From positions 62,001 to 126,000 of the IMG/VR virus record IMGVR_UViG_3300030616_000016: DNA of 64,000 nucleotides; one strand, 5' to 3'. Shown piece after piece: positions 1 through 9,437 of this stretch. A program made the position numbers and the translations under genes. The notes under the pieces were generated by a model. The model searched no databases. It was not told where the DNA came from and saw only the letters and a list, made by a program, of their open reading frames with translations. How positions within the stretch are numbered: the stretch's first letter is position 1; each line of letters begins with the position of its first letter.

Positions 1-304
1 TTGTTATAGTCCGAGGATTTAGTTCAAATAATCCAACACTCCCACATCCAAGACATCTTGGACACTGGATAGGTTTTCTGCGAATCGATCCTTTTCCATT
101 ACACAGATTACAAGTTTGCCTATATCTGAGATTTTGATTTAAGATATGAATCGACTCATTACGTGTCCGATTTTGTGGTTTAGGAGTTGCAGAATCCGTT
201 TTAGATTCCTTTTTAGACTCTTCTTTGCATGAGACTATGATGCTCACAAACATAAACATTGCAAATACTATAGCGATAGCTATTAAAAAACAAATACAAA
301 TCAT
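1..304 (-). CDS. Partial ORF running off the window: N-terminal hydrophobic segment plus DnaJ-type zinc-finger repeats
   Basis: Manual translation from ATG at 304: MICICFLIAIAIVFAMFMFVSIIVS...CNLCNGKGSIRRKPIQCPRCLGCGS; not in the ORF track because it is truncated. Confidence 0.6.
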   Translation of the reverse strand, partial: MICICFLIAIAIVFAMFMFVSIIVSCKEESKKESKTDSATPKPQNRTRNESIHILNQNLRYRQTCNLCNGKGSIRRKPIQCPRCLGCGSVGLFELNPRTIT

Positions 305-326
305 TGTCAAATCCTTTCATAATAAG

Positions 327-1502
327 TTATAATTTACCGGTCATAAATTTTATTGCTTTGCCAAATGAATCAACCTTATTAAGTTCAATTACATTGGCTA
401 CTTGGAACTCATTCCTGCCTTGTTTAGTTTTATTAGTACGTATACGTCCTCTAACAAGACATGTCTTGTTTGCTTCGCCAAGTTCTTCAAGTGTTTTCTT
501 CAAAGATTTCTCTGCTTTTTTATATGAAACAACTGGAGCTATGCTATGTCCATCTTCCATATAAAGAATACGCCTCTTTGATTCTTCAACTATGAATAAC
601 TGGCAGGCAACGGTTACGAACATCCAATGTTGCAATCTGCTATCTTCGCCCATAGCTACTCTAGATGCATCAGATAAAGTTTTAATATCACAATCCTTTA
701 TCCTCTCAAGTCTTTCTTTGTTGTCATCTAGAAATGGTGCGCTTTCAGATAGACTGAAACCAAGATGATAAAGCTCTTCTTTATGATACACATTTTTATC
801 CATAGGTTCACAGTCTAACATTTCTATATTAAATACTTCGTTCTTCTTTTCTTCGTCATTCAGAGTCTTGCGTTTCATTATCTTGTTAGACTCTTTTTTT
901 ATGTTCTCAATATTAATGACAATCCAATTTCTATTTGGCTTACCATCTTCTGTAGTTTCAGCTATTGGATCAAAGAATCCAATCTTTGCCAAAGCATATA
1001 AGGCTGATGTATATATGGTTTTATAATTATTAATATAAGCCCATATAAACTCTGTTAGACTGTCGAATGGTCCATACTTTTTAACCAGTTCTTCAATAGC
1101 TGAGGCAGCATTGCTATTCACATAGCGTATACCATCCATGCCTACTCTTATGCCGTACCCATTCTCTAATGGCTGGCATATTTGTGAGCATCCTTCTATA
1201 CTTGGCGGTCTAACTTCAAGCCCAGCAGATGTCGCTTCTTCAATATATTTACTGACAGTAGATTTGTTGTTGGACCTGGCATTAATCATTGCGCTTATGT
1301 ATTCTTCAAGATATAAGCATTTTAGGTATGCAGTCTTATAGGTAAGATAGGCATAGCTTACACTATGTGAGTTTTTTGATATAAGACCACTAGATAAGAT
1401 ATAATTATGGGGCTCGTTTTCCATTCTAATATTATATAGTCTACGCTTACCTAGTTTTCTTATCTTATTTATCTTTACTTTCTTCAATTGCAAGTTTTGC
1501 AC
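327..1502 (-). CDS. dnaE: DNA polymerase III alpha, C-terminal half, preceded by split-intein C-fragment (IntC about 1371-1487; likely TTG start at 1487)
   Basis: KKVKINKIRKLGKRRLYNIRMENEPHNYILSSGLISKN|SHSVSYAYLTYKTAYLK: intein blocks F/G ending in Asn with +1 Ser, followed by DnaE SH..Y..YLK, EY.SAM and HhH motifs. Confidence 0.93.
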   Translation of the reverse strand: MQNLQLKKVKINKIRKLGKRRLYNIRMENEPHNYILSSGLISKNSHSVSYAYLTYKTAYLKCLYLEEYISAMINARSNNKSTVSKYIEEATSAGLEVRPPSIEGCSQICQPLENGYGIRVGMDGIRYVNSNAASAIEELVKKYGPFDSLTEFIWAYINNYKTIYTSALYALAKIGFFDPIAETTEDGKPNRNWIVINIENIKKESNKIMKRKTLNDEEKKNEVFNIEMLDCEPMDKNVYHKEELYHLGFSLSESAPFLDDNKERLERIKDCDIKTLSDASRVAMGEDSRLQHWMFVTVACQLFIVEESKRRILYMEDGHSIAPVVSYKKAEKSLKKTLEELGEANKTCLVRGRIRTNKTKQGRNEFQVANVIELNKVDSFGKAIKFMTGKL

Positions 1503-2334
1503 GATTGAATTTTCTCCTCATACAAAATTCAGCATTATTATACATGAGTCTTAGCACTTTTGTTAAATCCCTTTCTATATACCACTCTATATAATATAAA
1601 ATACCTCTTTGCTGTGAGGGTATTTTATAATCTATATCTAGTATATGGAATAGCATATATGATATTTGTGATACAACAGATTTCGTTCCTAGAAATCTTA
1701 TGCACCATTTTTTATTAACGCTATTTCTATATAGAGTTCCATCACCATCAAAAAATCCTCTTAGCATATGTCCAAATAAATCTATTTTTATAGGAGGTAA
1801 TACTGCATCATTTGTTTTATCACTTGTAAAACCAAATCTGTAAAGATCTTCAACCATTTTTGGAGATGCTACTGTAATTCTGGACATTGGTTTTACATTG
1901 ACTTCTCTGCCTGCTATTATCTTTTTACCTCCAGGTATTTCTATTATCTTGTTATCAGTTTTCCATTGTTTTTTAACATAGTTGATTATATATCTGTCGC
2001 TCTTGCTAAGAGATAGGGATATTGAATTGTCTTTTTCTACTAACCATCCGTCGGCCAATAGCAATCCAATTACATATGCCTTGTGTTGGTTATCTATTTT
2101 GCTAAAGTAGAAATGATCAACACTATTATATTCCCACTTCTCTCTTGCTCTTATGCCAAATCTATGTAAAAGATCGTAGATAGTTTTAGTAGTCTTGAAC
2201 TTAAAGTTCAAGCTTTTAAGTATCTCGCTACCAGATTTCCCTTTGGTATAGAGTTCTATAATCTTTTTCTCATCTTCTAATGTCATTTTCTTATTTGGCG
2301 GATTTTTTGGTTTGTAGACCATATAATACTCCAA
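1465..2334 (-). CDS. Free-standing LAGLIDADG homing endonuclease with N-terminal HTH-like region
   Basis: Two LAGLIDADG-like motifs, YVIGLLLADGW and MLRGFFDGDG; lies between the two dnaE halves. Confidence 0.88.
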   Translation of the reverse strand: MEYYMVYKPKNPPNKKMTLEDEKKIIELYTKGKSGSEILKSLNFKFKTTKTIYDLLHRFGIRAREKWEYNSVDHFYFSKIDNQHKAYVIGLLLADGWLVEKDNSISLSLSKSDRYIINYVKKQWKTDNKIIEIPGGKKIIAGREVNVKPMSRITVASPKMVEDLYRFGFTSDKTNDAVLPPIKIDLFGHMLRGFFDGDGTLYRNSVNKKWCIRFLGTKSVVSQISYMLFHILDIDYKIPSQQRGILYYIEWYIERDLTKVLRLMYNNAEFCMRRKFNRAKLAIEESKDK

Positions 2335-2361
2335 GATAATATGTATATGTAATACTCACAT

Positions 2362-2390
2362 ATTATATCATATTACTTGTAGCATGTCAA
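2362..2390 (-). promoter_or_regulatory. Consensus sigma70 promoter embedded in the last codons of dnaE-N
   Basis: Minus strand TTGACA-tgctacaagtaatatga (17 nt)-TATAAT, upstream of the endonuclease start at 2334. Confidence 0.8.
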
Positions 2391-5049
2391 GACCCATATT
2401 ATATATTTCTTCTACAGTATGCATTTCATTGTCTGTGCACATAAATTTATGTTCTAGTGATACAATTTCTTTTTTGCCATCTGATAATTCAATTTCGAAA
2501 GCGTCCATTTCACCAGAATCTATTACTTCGACTAGATTGTCATTAACTATATTACCATTTTTGAAGCTTTGGCCTACAATATTTTCACGACCAGAAATAC
2601 TCTTAATGGTTTTATTAATGATTTTTTCACTGTCGTATATTCTAAGCTTAGTTGATGGTGACAAACATGCATTAAAACCATAGCGCGAAAATGTTTCTAT
2701 TTGACTCCATATTCGGGAAGATATATCCTCAGACACGCCAGTATTTTTGGCTAAGTCTGCTATAAACTGAGGTTTAATTTCTGCTATGATATCTGCCTTC
2801 TTCTTACCAACACCGTATCTAAGATAGTCAGCCTTGGCTGCAGTCCATCCACATAAGTCTCTTGCAATCTTGATTATCTGTTCTTGATATACAATGACTC
2901 CATAGGTCTTTTTGAGTACACTACCTAGTTCAGGTGTAATCAGTTCTATATCGTCAATGCCATGCTTACGGTCAATGAAGGATTGAACCATGTTCTTTCC
3001 GTCAGCTCCCTTTGCACCAAGTGGACCTGGTCTATACAAAGCAATCATATCAGATATTTCACTAATACTATCTGGTTTGAGTTGCTTAATGTAGTTGCCC
3101 ATACCACTGGATCCAATTTGGAAGACCTCATTCCTCATACTACCTTCTCTGAGAAATCTAAATACCCTGGAGTCTTCTAGGTCAATCTCTCTAATGTTGA
3201 TTTTGTTATCATGTCTTTCATTAATAAACCTAATAGCTTCATCTACTATATCGAGAGTCTTAAGTCCTAGAAAATCAAGCTTTAATAGCCCAGTGTGTTC
3301 TGCATCATCTTTATCTAGCTGTGTTATGATAGAATATTCACCCTGGGATCTTTGGCATGCTAATGGATGATTTTCTATCAAAGAATCTTTTGATACAATG
3401 ACGCCACCAGCATGCTTACTCCATGCCGTTTTGGCTCCTTCCATCTTTACCATTGTATTGTAATAGTCTTCACGATAAACGTCGTCTTTGAGTGCTTCCT
3501 GCAACTCTGGAACGACCTCATGCAGCTCAGTTATGTTTAAGGTAATGTCTTCGTCATATTTGGCACATATATGTGATCTACAATTAGAATATTGTTCTTC
3601 CCATGATTTGGTTCTTGGGTTAAATATATTGAGCGCTGGGAATACTCGTTTTGCAAGAAAACGAGGCTTCATTGTTTGTAGTGTAGCAACTCTACAAACA
3701 TTGTCTTGTCCAAATAGATCTACGAGATGAGCAAACATCTTAGGCTGTGTACTAGAAGGAAAGTCAATATCAAAGTCCGGTGCACTCTTTCTATCTGGAT
3801 TAAGAAATCTTTCAAAGTATAAGTCATACTTTTCTGGATCAATACTTGTGATGTCAAGAGCGCGAGCTACTCTTGAGCTTGCACCACTTCCGCGTCCGTC
3901 TCCAACGAGCACATCATGATTCTTTGCCCAGTTTACTGATTCCCATGTTATAAGGAAATAGTTATCAAATCCTAAGTCATGTATAACTTTAAGCTCATAC
4001 TCAATTTGGTCTACTAATTTTTGCCTATGTTCTTTGTCTGCATCAGGCCAGGCTTTATCTATACCAGCCATGGCTTGATTTCTTAATTCTTGTTGTGGAT
4101 TTGCTACACCTGGCAACCCAGGTACATCAATATCTTTTTTGGATATACAATAATTGCACTTTTCAGCTACTTCAAGTGTGTTTGTAACAGGCACTTCTGT
4201 TCCAATACACTCAACCATTTCTTCATAGCTTTTGATATATCCTTCTCCGGTACGACCTGTGTATTCTTTGCTGTTATAATATAGCCCATTAGTACATAGG
4301 AATATATCGTGAGCCCTCTTATCTTCTTTATTAAGATAGTGAGCATCACAAGATGCTACTGTTTTGACACCAAATGAATCTGCAATTTCCATTAATTCAT
4401 TTGCTACATCAATTTCTTTAACTTCTTTGTCTCCATACATTCCGTCAAAGCCGTTGTTCATGACCTCAACATAAAAATCATCGCCAAACTCTTTCTTCAT
4501 AAGTTGCATATAATCTACTATGCTTTGTTGAGAGTCTGTCTGTCCACCAAGTAGTCTAGATACTGAGCCTGCAAGAAAGCCACCAAGACACCCAGTTAGT
4601 ACAACTAATCCCTCTTTATGTGCAAATAAATCTTTCAACCATATTCTTGGTTTGGAATAAAAACCATATAAATGGCCCATAGAACTCAGGTATGAAAGAT
4701 TTTTGTATCCTTGTCTTGATTTTGCCAAAAGTGTCAGATGGTAACTTTCTATTTTCTTTACTTCTTCTTTAAGATCTGCGGCAGAAGATGGTACAAATAG
4801 CTCGCCATCGTCATTATAAGCTTTTGGATCTTCATGAGTAATGTATGCTTCCATACCCAGCATTGGTTTGATTCCTGCTTCATTACATGCATCAGAGAAC
4901 TTAACAACGCCAGCAATATTTCCATGATCTGTCATGGCTATTGCTTGTTGACCAAGACTTTTAGCTTTGTTAGCAGCATCTTCTGGCTTGATGATAGAAT
5001 CGTTGAGTGAGAACATAGTATGTAGATGCAAGTTAACAAAATTAGACAT
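2368..5049 (-). CDS. dnaE: DNA polymerase III alpha, N-terminal half (PHP + polymerase core), ending in a 99-aa split-intein N-fragment (2371-2667)
   Basis: PHP motifs HLHTMFS, TDHG, DAHY; core motifs GRGSGASS, PDFDIDF, KLDFLGL, VYQEQI; then YGFNA|CLSPSTK...SLEHKF intein blocks A and B. Confidence 0.96.
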   Translation of the reverse strand: MSNFVNLHLHTMFSLNDSIIKPEDAANKAKSLGQQAIAMTDHGNIAGVVKFSDACNEAGIKPMLGMEAYITHEDPKAYNDDGELFVPSSAADLKEEVKKIESYHLTLLAKSRQGYKNLSYLSSMGHLYGFYSKPRIWLKDLFAHKEGLVVLTGCLGGFLAGSVSRLLGGQTDSQQSIVDYMQLMKKEFGDDFYVEVMNNGFDGMYGDKEVKEIDVANELMEIADSFGVKTVASCDAHYLNKEDKRAHDIFLCTNGLYYNSKEYTGRTGEGYIKSYEEMVECIGTEVPVTNTLEVAEKCNYCISKKDIDVPGLPGVANPQQELRNQAMAGIDKAWPDADKEHRQKLVDQIEYELKVIHDLGFDNYFLITWESVNWAKNHDVLVGDGRGSGASSRVARALDITSIDPEKYDLYFERFLNPDRKSAPDFDIDFPSSTQPKMFAHLVDLFGQDNVCRVATLQTMKPRFLAKRVFPALNIFNPRTKSWEEQYSNCRSHICAKYDEDITLNITELHEVVPELQEALKDDVYREDYYNTMVKMEGAKTAWSKHAGGVIVSKDSLIENHPLACQRSQGEYSIITQLDKDDAEHTGLLKLDFLGLKTLDIVDEAIRFINERHDNKINIREIDLEDSRVFRFLREGSMRNEVFQIGSSGMGNYIKQLKPDSISEISDMIALYRPGPLGAKGADGKNMVQSFIDRKHGIDDIELITPELGSVLKKTYGVIVYQEQIIKIARDLCGWTAAKADYLRYGVGKKKADIIAEIKPQFIADLAKNTGVSEDISSRIWSQIETFSRYGFNACLSPSTKLRIYDSEKIINKTIKSISGRENIVGQSFKNGNIVNDNLVEVIDSGEMDAFEIELSDGKKEIVSLEHKFMCTDNEMHTVEEIYNMGLDMLQVI

Positions 5050-5051
5050 AT

Positions 5052-5771
5052 TTACTCCACTGTTTTCTCAATTAAGCTTTGGATTAGTTTAGGATGTTCG
5101 GTATGTGAATTAACTATCTTCTTATTTGAGCTATCGTACTTGTTCATCCACATTTCAACCACGTCATCTGTTTTTAATTGATCTTGAAGCACAATACTCA
5201 AAAAGTTTCTTACTTTTTGTTCTACTTTGTCTCTTTCTCCAATGTGTCTATAATCATATAGCTCTATTCCTGGAGATGGATACATTATCTTCTTATCATG
5301 TTTATATCTAAACACATGGGAGATAGAATTATCTAACATGTATGAGTCAAAGTCTTTGTAGAATCTATGAATATTCAGATTGATTGCTTTACATGTTCCA
5401 CTATCATTGTTAGACATTAGAGAAAATAGCTCGTAGATATCTTCTTCTTTGAATACTTCGGATCCGTAAAGATATATTACCCAATCCTTTGGCTTCAATA
5501 TCTTTTCTTCAAGCAAACTAAGTTTTTCTCTCTCGCTGTTAAACTTATCTGCAAAGTATGTAAGCTTTCTATCCTCAAGTATTATTTGTGAGTCTTTAAG
5601 GATTTCTATGATCTCATTTGCTTTACATCTCGTACTGTCGGTAGAAGGTCCTGTCTGGTTTCCATCTATAACAACAATTTCATCTACATAAAATGCAATT
5701 GAAGCTATAGAACGTGCAATAAATTCTGATTGATTGTATGCATTATATACTAAGATTATTCTGCTTTTCAT
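5052..5771 (-). CDS. Glycosyltransferase family 2-like protein
   Basis: YNAYNQSEFIARSIASI...VDEIVVIDGN, a GT-A fold N-terminus. Confidence 0.6.
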   Translation of the reverse strand: MKSRIILVYNAYNQSEFIARSIASIAFYVDEIVVIDGNQTGPSTDSTRCKANEIIEILKDSQIILEDRKLTYFADKFNSEREKLSLLEEKILKPKDWVIYLYGSEVFKEEDIYELFSLMSNNDSGTCKAINLNIHRFYKDFDSYMLDNSISHVFRYKHDKKIMYPSPGIELYDYRHIGERDKVEQKVRNFLSIVLQDQLKTDDVVEMWMNKYDSSNKKIVNSHTEHPKLIQSLIEKTVE

Positions 5772-5774
5772 TGC

Positions 5775-6305
5775 TTACCTTTCTTGTGTTGCAGCTAAGA
5801 ATACATCATTATTTTTTAATGCCATGTATGCAGCTATGGAATCTGCTACTGCTTCCTTGGTTTTTTTGGTCCACTTATCAAAGTTTGCAGCTAGTAGGTA
5901 TTTATCTGTGACGGCTTTTATGATATCATCTTTAGACGCAGATGAATTACCAGTTACTGCTTTCTTTAATCCTCTTGGTGTTATATTGGCAACAGGTATG
6001 TTTAATGTCCTGTATATGCCAATAATAGCTCCAATTGTTAATGCAGTTTTTGTAGCAGCAGATGCATTTTGAGATCCAGCTGGCAACTCCATGCATATGA
6101 TGTTTGGCTTGTATTCTTCTATAATACTAAGGATAGTATCAGATATATATCTGACATTACTTACATACTGTTCACTCTTTAAACGAAAGTTATTATCAGG
6201 CACAGTGACAATACATCCACATTTTACAATATTATCTTGATCTACGTCTATAACTGAATAACCAGTGGCGCGTATTGATGGATCTAATCCTAATGCAATT
6301 GCCAT
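5775..6305 (-). CDS. ruvC: Holliday junction resolvase RuvC
   Basis: LGLDPSIRATGYSVI, ICMELP, KKAVTGNSSASKDDI, AVADSIA. Confidence 0.9.
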   Translation of the reverse strand: MAIALGLDPSIRATGYSVIDVDQDNIVKCGCIVTVPDNNFRLKSEQYVSNVRYISDTILSIIEEYKPNIICMELPAGSQNASAATKTALTIGAIIGIYRTLNIPVANITPRGLKKAVTGNSSASKDDIIKAVTDKYLLAANFDKWTKKTKEAVADSIAAYMALKNNDVFLAATQER

Positions 6306-6315
6306 TTGTATGCTC

Positions 6316-7659
6316 CTAATATATTTCTGTCACTACTTTGTTGCTACGATATACTCTGTCTAACAGATTGATCCATTGTGATACTGGAGTGTCCCAAGTA
6401 TATTTATCAGATATCCTTAGGGCATTTTCGCATTGCCTTTTGTAAAACTCAGGATCACGTAGCTTATCAATTATATTAAGTATACTATCGTAGTTTGGCA
6501 TTGGGCGTGGAATGGAAGTTCCATCTTCTATTAAGCATTCTTTTGGCTGCCAACACAGTCCTGTTTCTTTCATAAACTCTTGTGAGGCTGCAAATTCTGG
6601 AGTAATAGTTGGTACTCCGCATGCCATTGCTTCAAGAGGAGGTAACCCAAAGCCTTCTGTAGCTAGTGACAAATAAACATCAAAGCTGTTAAACACTCTT
6701 GCAAAATCTGCTTCTGGAATACCTCTAAGTACCTGATGGTTGTTGGTTCTTAATACTTTGCCTTCTACATCCCATAAATCTTCCAGGCTAGAGAATCTCC
6801 AACCACGGTCACCTGGAGGACAATGTAGCCAGAATACTAATTCAAAACGTTCTTCTTTTAGCTTGTTAGAATTACAGTTATGACAACGATCATGCCAAAA
6901 CATTGGTTTTTTGTTGAAATAGTACTCGTAATTAATATTTGGAGCACTAATCATATTACATGCAGAACAGCGGCGAATCATATTCTTATCTACCATGCTT
7001 TTAAGTATATGAAACCCAGGTATATACTTTCTTCTCTGATTCCTTCCTACATATCCAATAAGCATTGGATTCTCGTAAGCATCTCTACTTGTACTAAGTA
7101 CTTTTGCTTGTAGTTTAGCTTTTGCTTCGGCAGAAAATGGACGATATGTCTTTTTGTTAACACCAGCTAGAATTGGTTGGCACAAAATGTCTTTATCTAT
7201 TCCTTCTAATTCATGTAGAATATCATACCCGAATTTAGTTACTGGTACAAGTGCATCAGCATAGTTCCATACATCTGTAAATTGGTGTAGCACACAGCCA
7301 TCTATGTATACTTGGGATATCCATTTGAAGTTATAGTTATTCTTCATGCCAATCATATGACTAAGCATCCATGGATCACCACATGTCCATATTATATCTG
7401 GTTTTGTACTCTCGATAACTCTTGGAGCTGTTATCTCTCCATGTTTATCATCCTTGGTTGGTTTAGGTCCATCGGAAGTATTAACCATTTTTGTGTGGTA
7501 TATTTTCCACGGAACTTCTTCTATTGCCTCAGAATGAAACCATCCAATCTGTTCTATCTCATAGTCACCAGTATTATAAATAGGAATGAATATCTCACGA
7601 ATAACTTTTGCGAAACCAGAGTGCATAGCTGCAGAGTCACCAAGGATAAGTATTTTCAT
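6316..7659 (-). CDS. GT-B (family 4-like) glycosyltransferase with zinc-finger insertion
   Basis: Start MKILILGDSA...SGFAKV; GYVGRNQRRK; EGFGLPPLEAMACGVP; CSAC...CHNC insert. Confidence 0.85.
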   Translation of the reverse strand: MKILILGDSAAMHSGFAKVIREIFIPIYNTGDYEIEQIGWFHSEAIEEVPWKIYHTKMVNTSDGPKPTKDDKHGEITAPRVIESTKPDIIWTCGDPWMLSHMIGMKNNYNFKWISQVYIDGCVLHQFTDVWNYADALVPVTKFGYDILHELEGIDKDILCQPILAGVNKKTYRPFSAEAKAKLQAKVLSTSRDAYENPMLIGYVGRNQRRKYIPGFHILKSMVDKNMIRRCSACNMISAPNINYEYYFNKKPMFWHDRCHNCNSNKLKEERFELVFWLHCPPGDRGWRFSSLEDLWDVEGKVLRTNNHQVLRGIPEADFARVFNSFDVYLSLATEGFGLPPLEAMACGVPTITPEFAASQEFMKETGLCWQPKECLIEDGTSIPRPMPNYDSILNIIDKLRDPEFYKRQCENALRISDKYTWDTPVSQWINLLDRVYRSNKVVTEIY

Positions 7660-7862
7660 ATTTGTCTGTCTCCAATATCTAATCTTTTGTCTTGTGGGTA
7701 TCCCTTTATCCATTCATCTGGATATTGTTCTGGTGCAAGACATATTCTTGTTGCATTTTGTTCAATTAATTGCTTGAGGTTATCCTTGTCTTTATCTGAC
7801 AGAGATAGCACTATAGGATCTTTTTCTGAATCAAATATTCTGTCCCTAAATTTAATAAGCAT
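7656..7862 (-). CDS. Small hypothetical protein
   Basis: ORF track; 4-nt overlap with the downstream GT start. Confidence 0.55.
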   Translation of the reverse strand: MLIKFRDRIFDSEKDPIVLSLSDKDKDNLKQLIEQNATRICLAPEQYPDEWIKGYPQDKRLDIGDRQI

Positions 7863-7920
7863 GTTCTTATATTATCTTCCTATTTTAATATGTCAACTAT
7901 TAAATTAATTATTATTATTC

Positions 7921-7949
7921 TTGACTAACAATACTACAAGTGGTAGAAT
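7921..7949 (+). promoter_or_regulatory. sigma70-like promoter for the plus-strand glycosyltransferase
   Basis: TTGACT-17 nt-TAGAAT, 39 nt upstream of ATG 7988. Confidence 0.65.
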
Positions 7950-7987
7950 TATTAGTAATCATATTACATCATTTTGGAGAAAGAACT

Positions 7988-9136
7988 ATGAGAGGAATTC
8001 GTTTTGTTGGAGATGCATTAGCACCATCTGGATACGGCAACGCACTTAGAGATTTAGCAAAACAGTTTCATGAGCTAGGTATCCCATTCTATTTTGATCA
8101 TATAGAACATGACAAGAATAGAGCTGATTTATGTGAGTTTTGGGATAAGCATATGGATAAGTATAGACAAGAAATTCCATATGATATCATTGTAAATGTT
8201 ACTACACCAGAGTTTTATAAGTTTAAGCCAGATAAAAAGGTCGTAGCATGGACCTTCTGGGAAACAACTAAATTTCCTAGAATAGAGATTGGTGGTGGTA
8301 GAGAAGGCGATTGGGTCAAGCAGATGAATAAGCTTGATGAATTTTGGGCGCCAACAACTTTTGTGAAAGATGTTGCTATTGGTTGTGGTGTAGAAACACC
8401 TATTCAGCTGTTACCTTGGCCATGTGTAAGCAAGTATATTAACATTGAGCGTCCAAGATTAGATTCAGCAAGTATCAATAAAGCAATCAAAGATAAATTT
8501 GTTATTGGATCTATAGGTCAGTTTACTGAGCGTAAGAATTTTAGAGACTTTATTATGGCACTTTGTTCTACCTTTAACAAGGAAGAAGATGTCATTGGGC
8601 TTATCAAAACCTATAGATCAAACGATAGCTCGCGTGAAACTAATGTTGTCAGAACGGTGTTATCTGAATGGAAGAAGAGCCTAAACATTCCAGATGCTTG
8701 TAGTTTCTGTGGAGTTCATTCTATTCTCTCCGAGTCCCAGATGGTAGCGTTGCTAGACACTATTGATTTATATGTGTGTACTTCTCGGGGAGAAGGAATG
8801 TCAGGCCCATTAATTCATGCTATGGCAATGGGAAAGCCTGTTATTTCTTCTGACTTTAGTGCTATGAGTGACTTTATTTATGGCGATACATCTTTAAAGG
8901 TTGTTCGATACTGTCTAGAACCTGTTCATTCTATGTCACACATACCTTGGTATGGTCATAGACAAGACTGGGCTAGACTAAACGTTTCTGATATTAGGGA
9001 AGGAATGCGTGAAGGATATGAATTATGGAGAGATGACAGAGATAGATTTGAAGAGATTGGACAGCGTGGAAGGGATTTTGTCAGAAAGATCTACTCTGAC
9101 GAAGCAGTCCAGAAACGAATTAAGGAACTTATCTGA
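7988..9136 (+). CDS. GT-B (family 4-like) glycosyltransferase
   Basis: PSGYGNALR, GSIGQFTERKN, SRGEGMSGPLIHAMAMGKPVI. Confidence 0.85.
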   Translation: MRGIRFVGDALAPSGYGNALRDLAKQFHELGIPFYFDHIEHDKNRADLCEFWDKHMDKYRQEIPYDIIVNVTTPEFYKFKPDKKVVAWTFWETTKFPRIEIGGGREGDWVKQMNKLDEFWAPTTFVKDVAIGCGVETPIQLLPWPCVSKYINIERPRLDSASINKAIKDKFVIGSIGQFTERKNFRDFIMALCSTFNKEEDVIGLIKTYRSNDSSRETNVVRTVLSEWKKSLNIPDACSFCGVHSILSESQMVALLDTIDLYVCTSRGEGMSGPLIHAMAMGKPVISSDFSAMSDFIYGDTSLKVVRYCLEPVHSMSHIPWYGHRQDWARLNVSDIREGMREGYELWRDDRDRFEEIGQRGRDFVRKIYSDEAVQKRIKELI

Positions 9137-9272
9137 TTGCAATATATTAAAGTCAAGTCTTCCTAATAAACAAATTGCATATCTCTTATTAAATGGCTAT
9201 AAGCCTAAAGAGATATGCAATATGTTACGCATTTCTATAAGATCGTTTTATCGTAGACTTAAACAAAACTAA
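9009..9272 (+). CDS. Possible small HTH DNA-binding protein (true start uncertain)
   Basis: C-terminal KQIAYLLLNGYKPKEICNMLRISIRSFYRRL resembles a LuxR/sigma-region-4 HTH; the 5' part overlaps the GT gene. Confidence 0.4.
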   Translation: MKDMNYGEMTEIDLKRLDSVEGILSERSTLTKQSRNELRNLSDCNILKSSLPNKQIAYLLLNGYKPKEICNMLRISIRSFYRRLKQN

Positions 9273-9424
9273 ATACTTATTTTTACTAAACAGGGTTTAG
9301 TAAAAATGGTTTTAACCCATGCTATTGGGCTTGTCCATATTCCCATCAGGCAATGTGTACACTGCCCTATTCTGTATAAACTATCACCAGAAATTTACTA
9401 TTTAGTTATTTTTAGTTTAGTCTT
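9255..9424 (-). ncRNA. Candidate retron msr-msd-like RNA downstream of the RT
   Basis: Terminal inverted repeats aactaaata (9267-9275)/tatttagtt (9399-9407), extendable imperfectly; G immediately inside the 5' arm on the RT strand (9398); two small hairpins and a 13-bp hairpin enclosed. Confidence 0.35.
9279..9307. terminator. 13-bp perfect hairpin between convergent genes (bidirectional terminator or msd stem)
   Basis: atttttactaaac-agg-gtttagtaaaaat. Confidence 0.55.
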
Positions 9425-9437
9425 ATAGAAATACTCT

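Noticed and set aside
7870-7900. Divergent minus-strand promoter starting with TTGACA
   Set aside because: No good -10 hexamer at 16-18 nt spacing, so it was not listed as a feature
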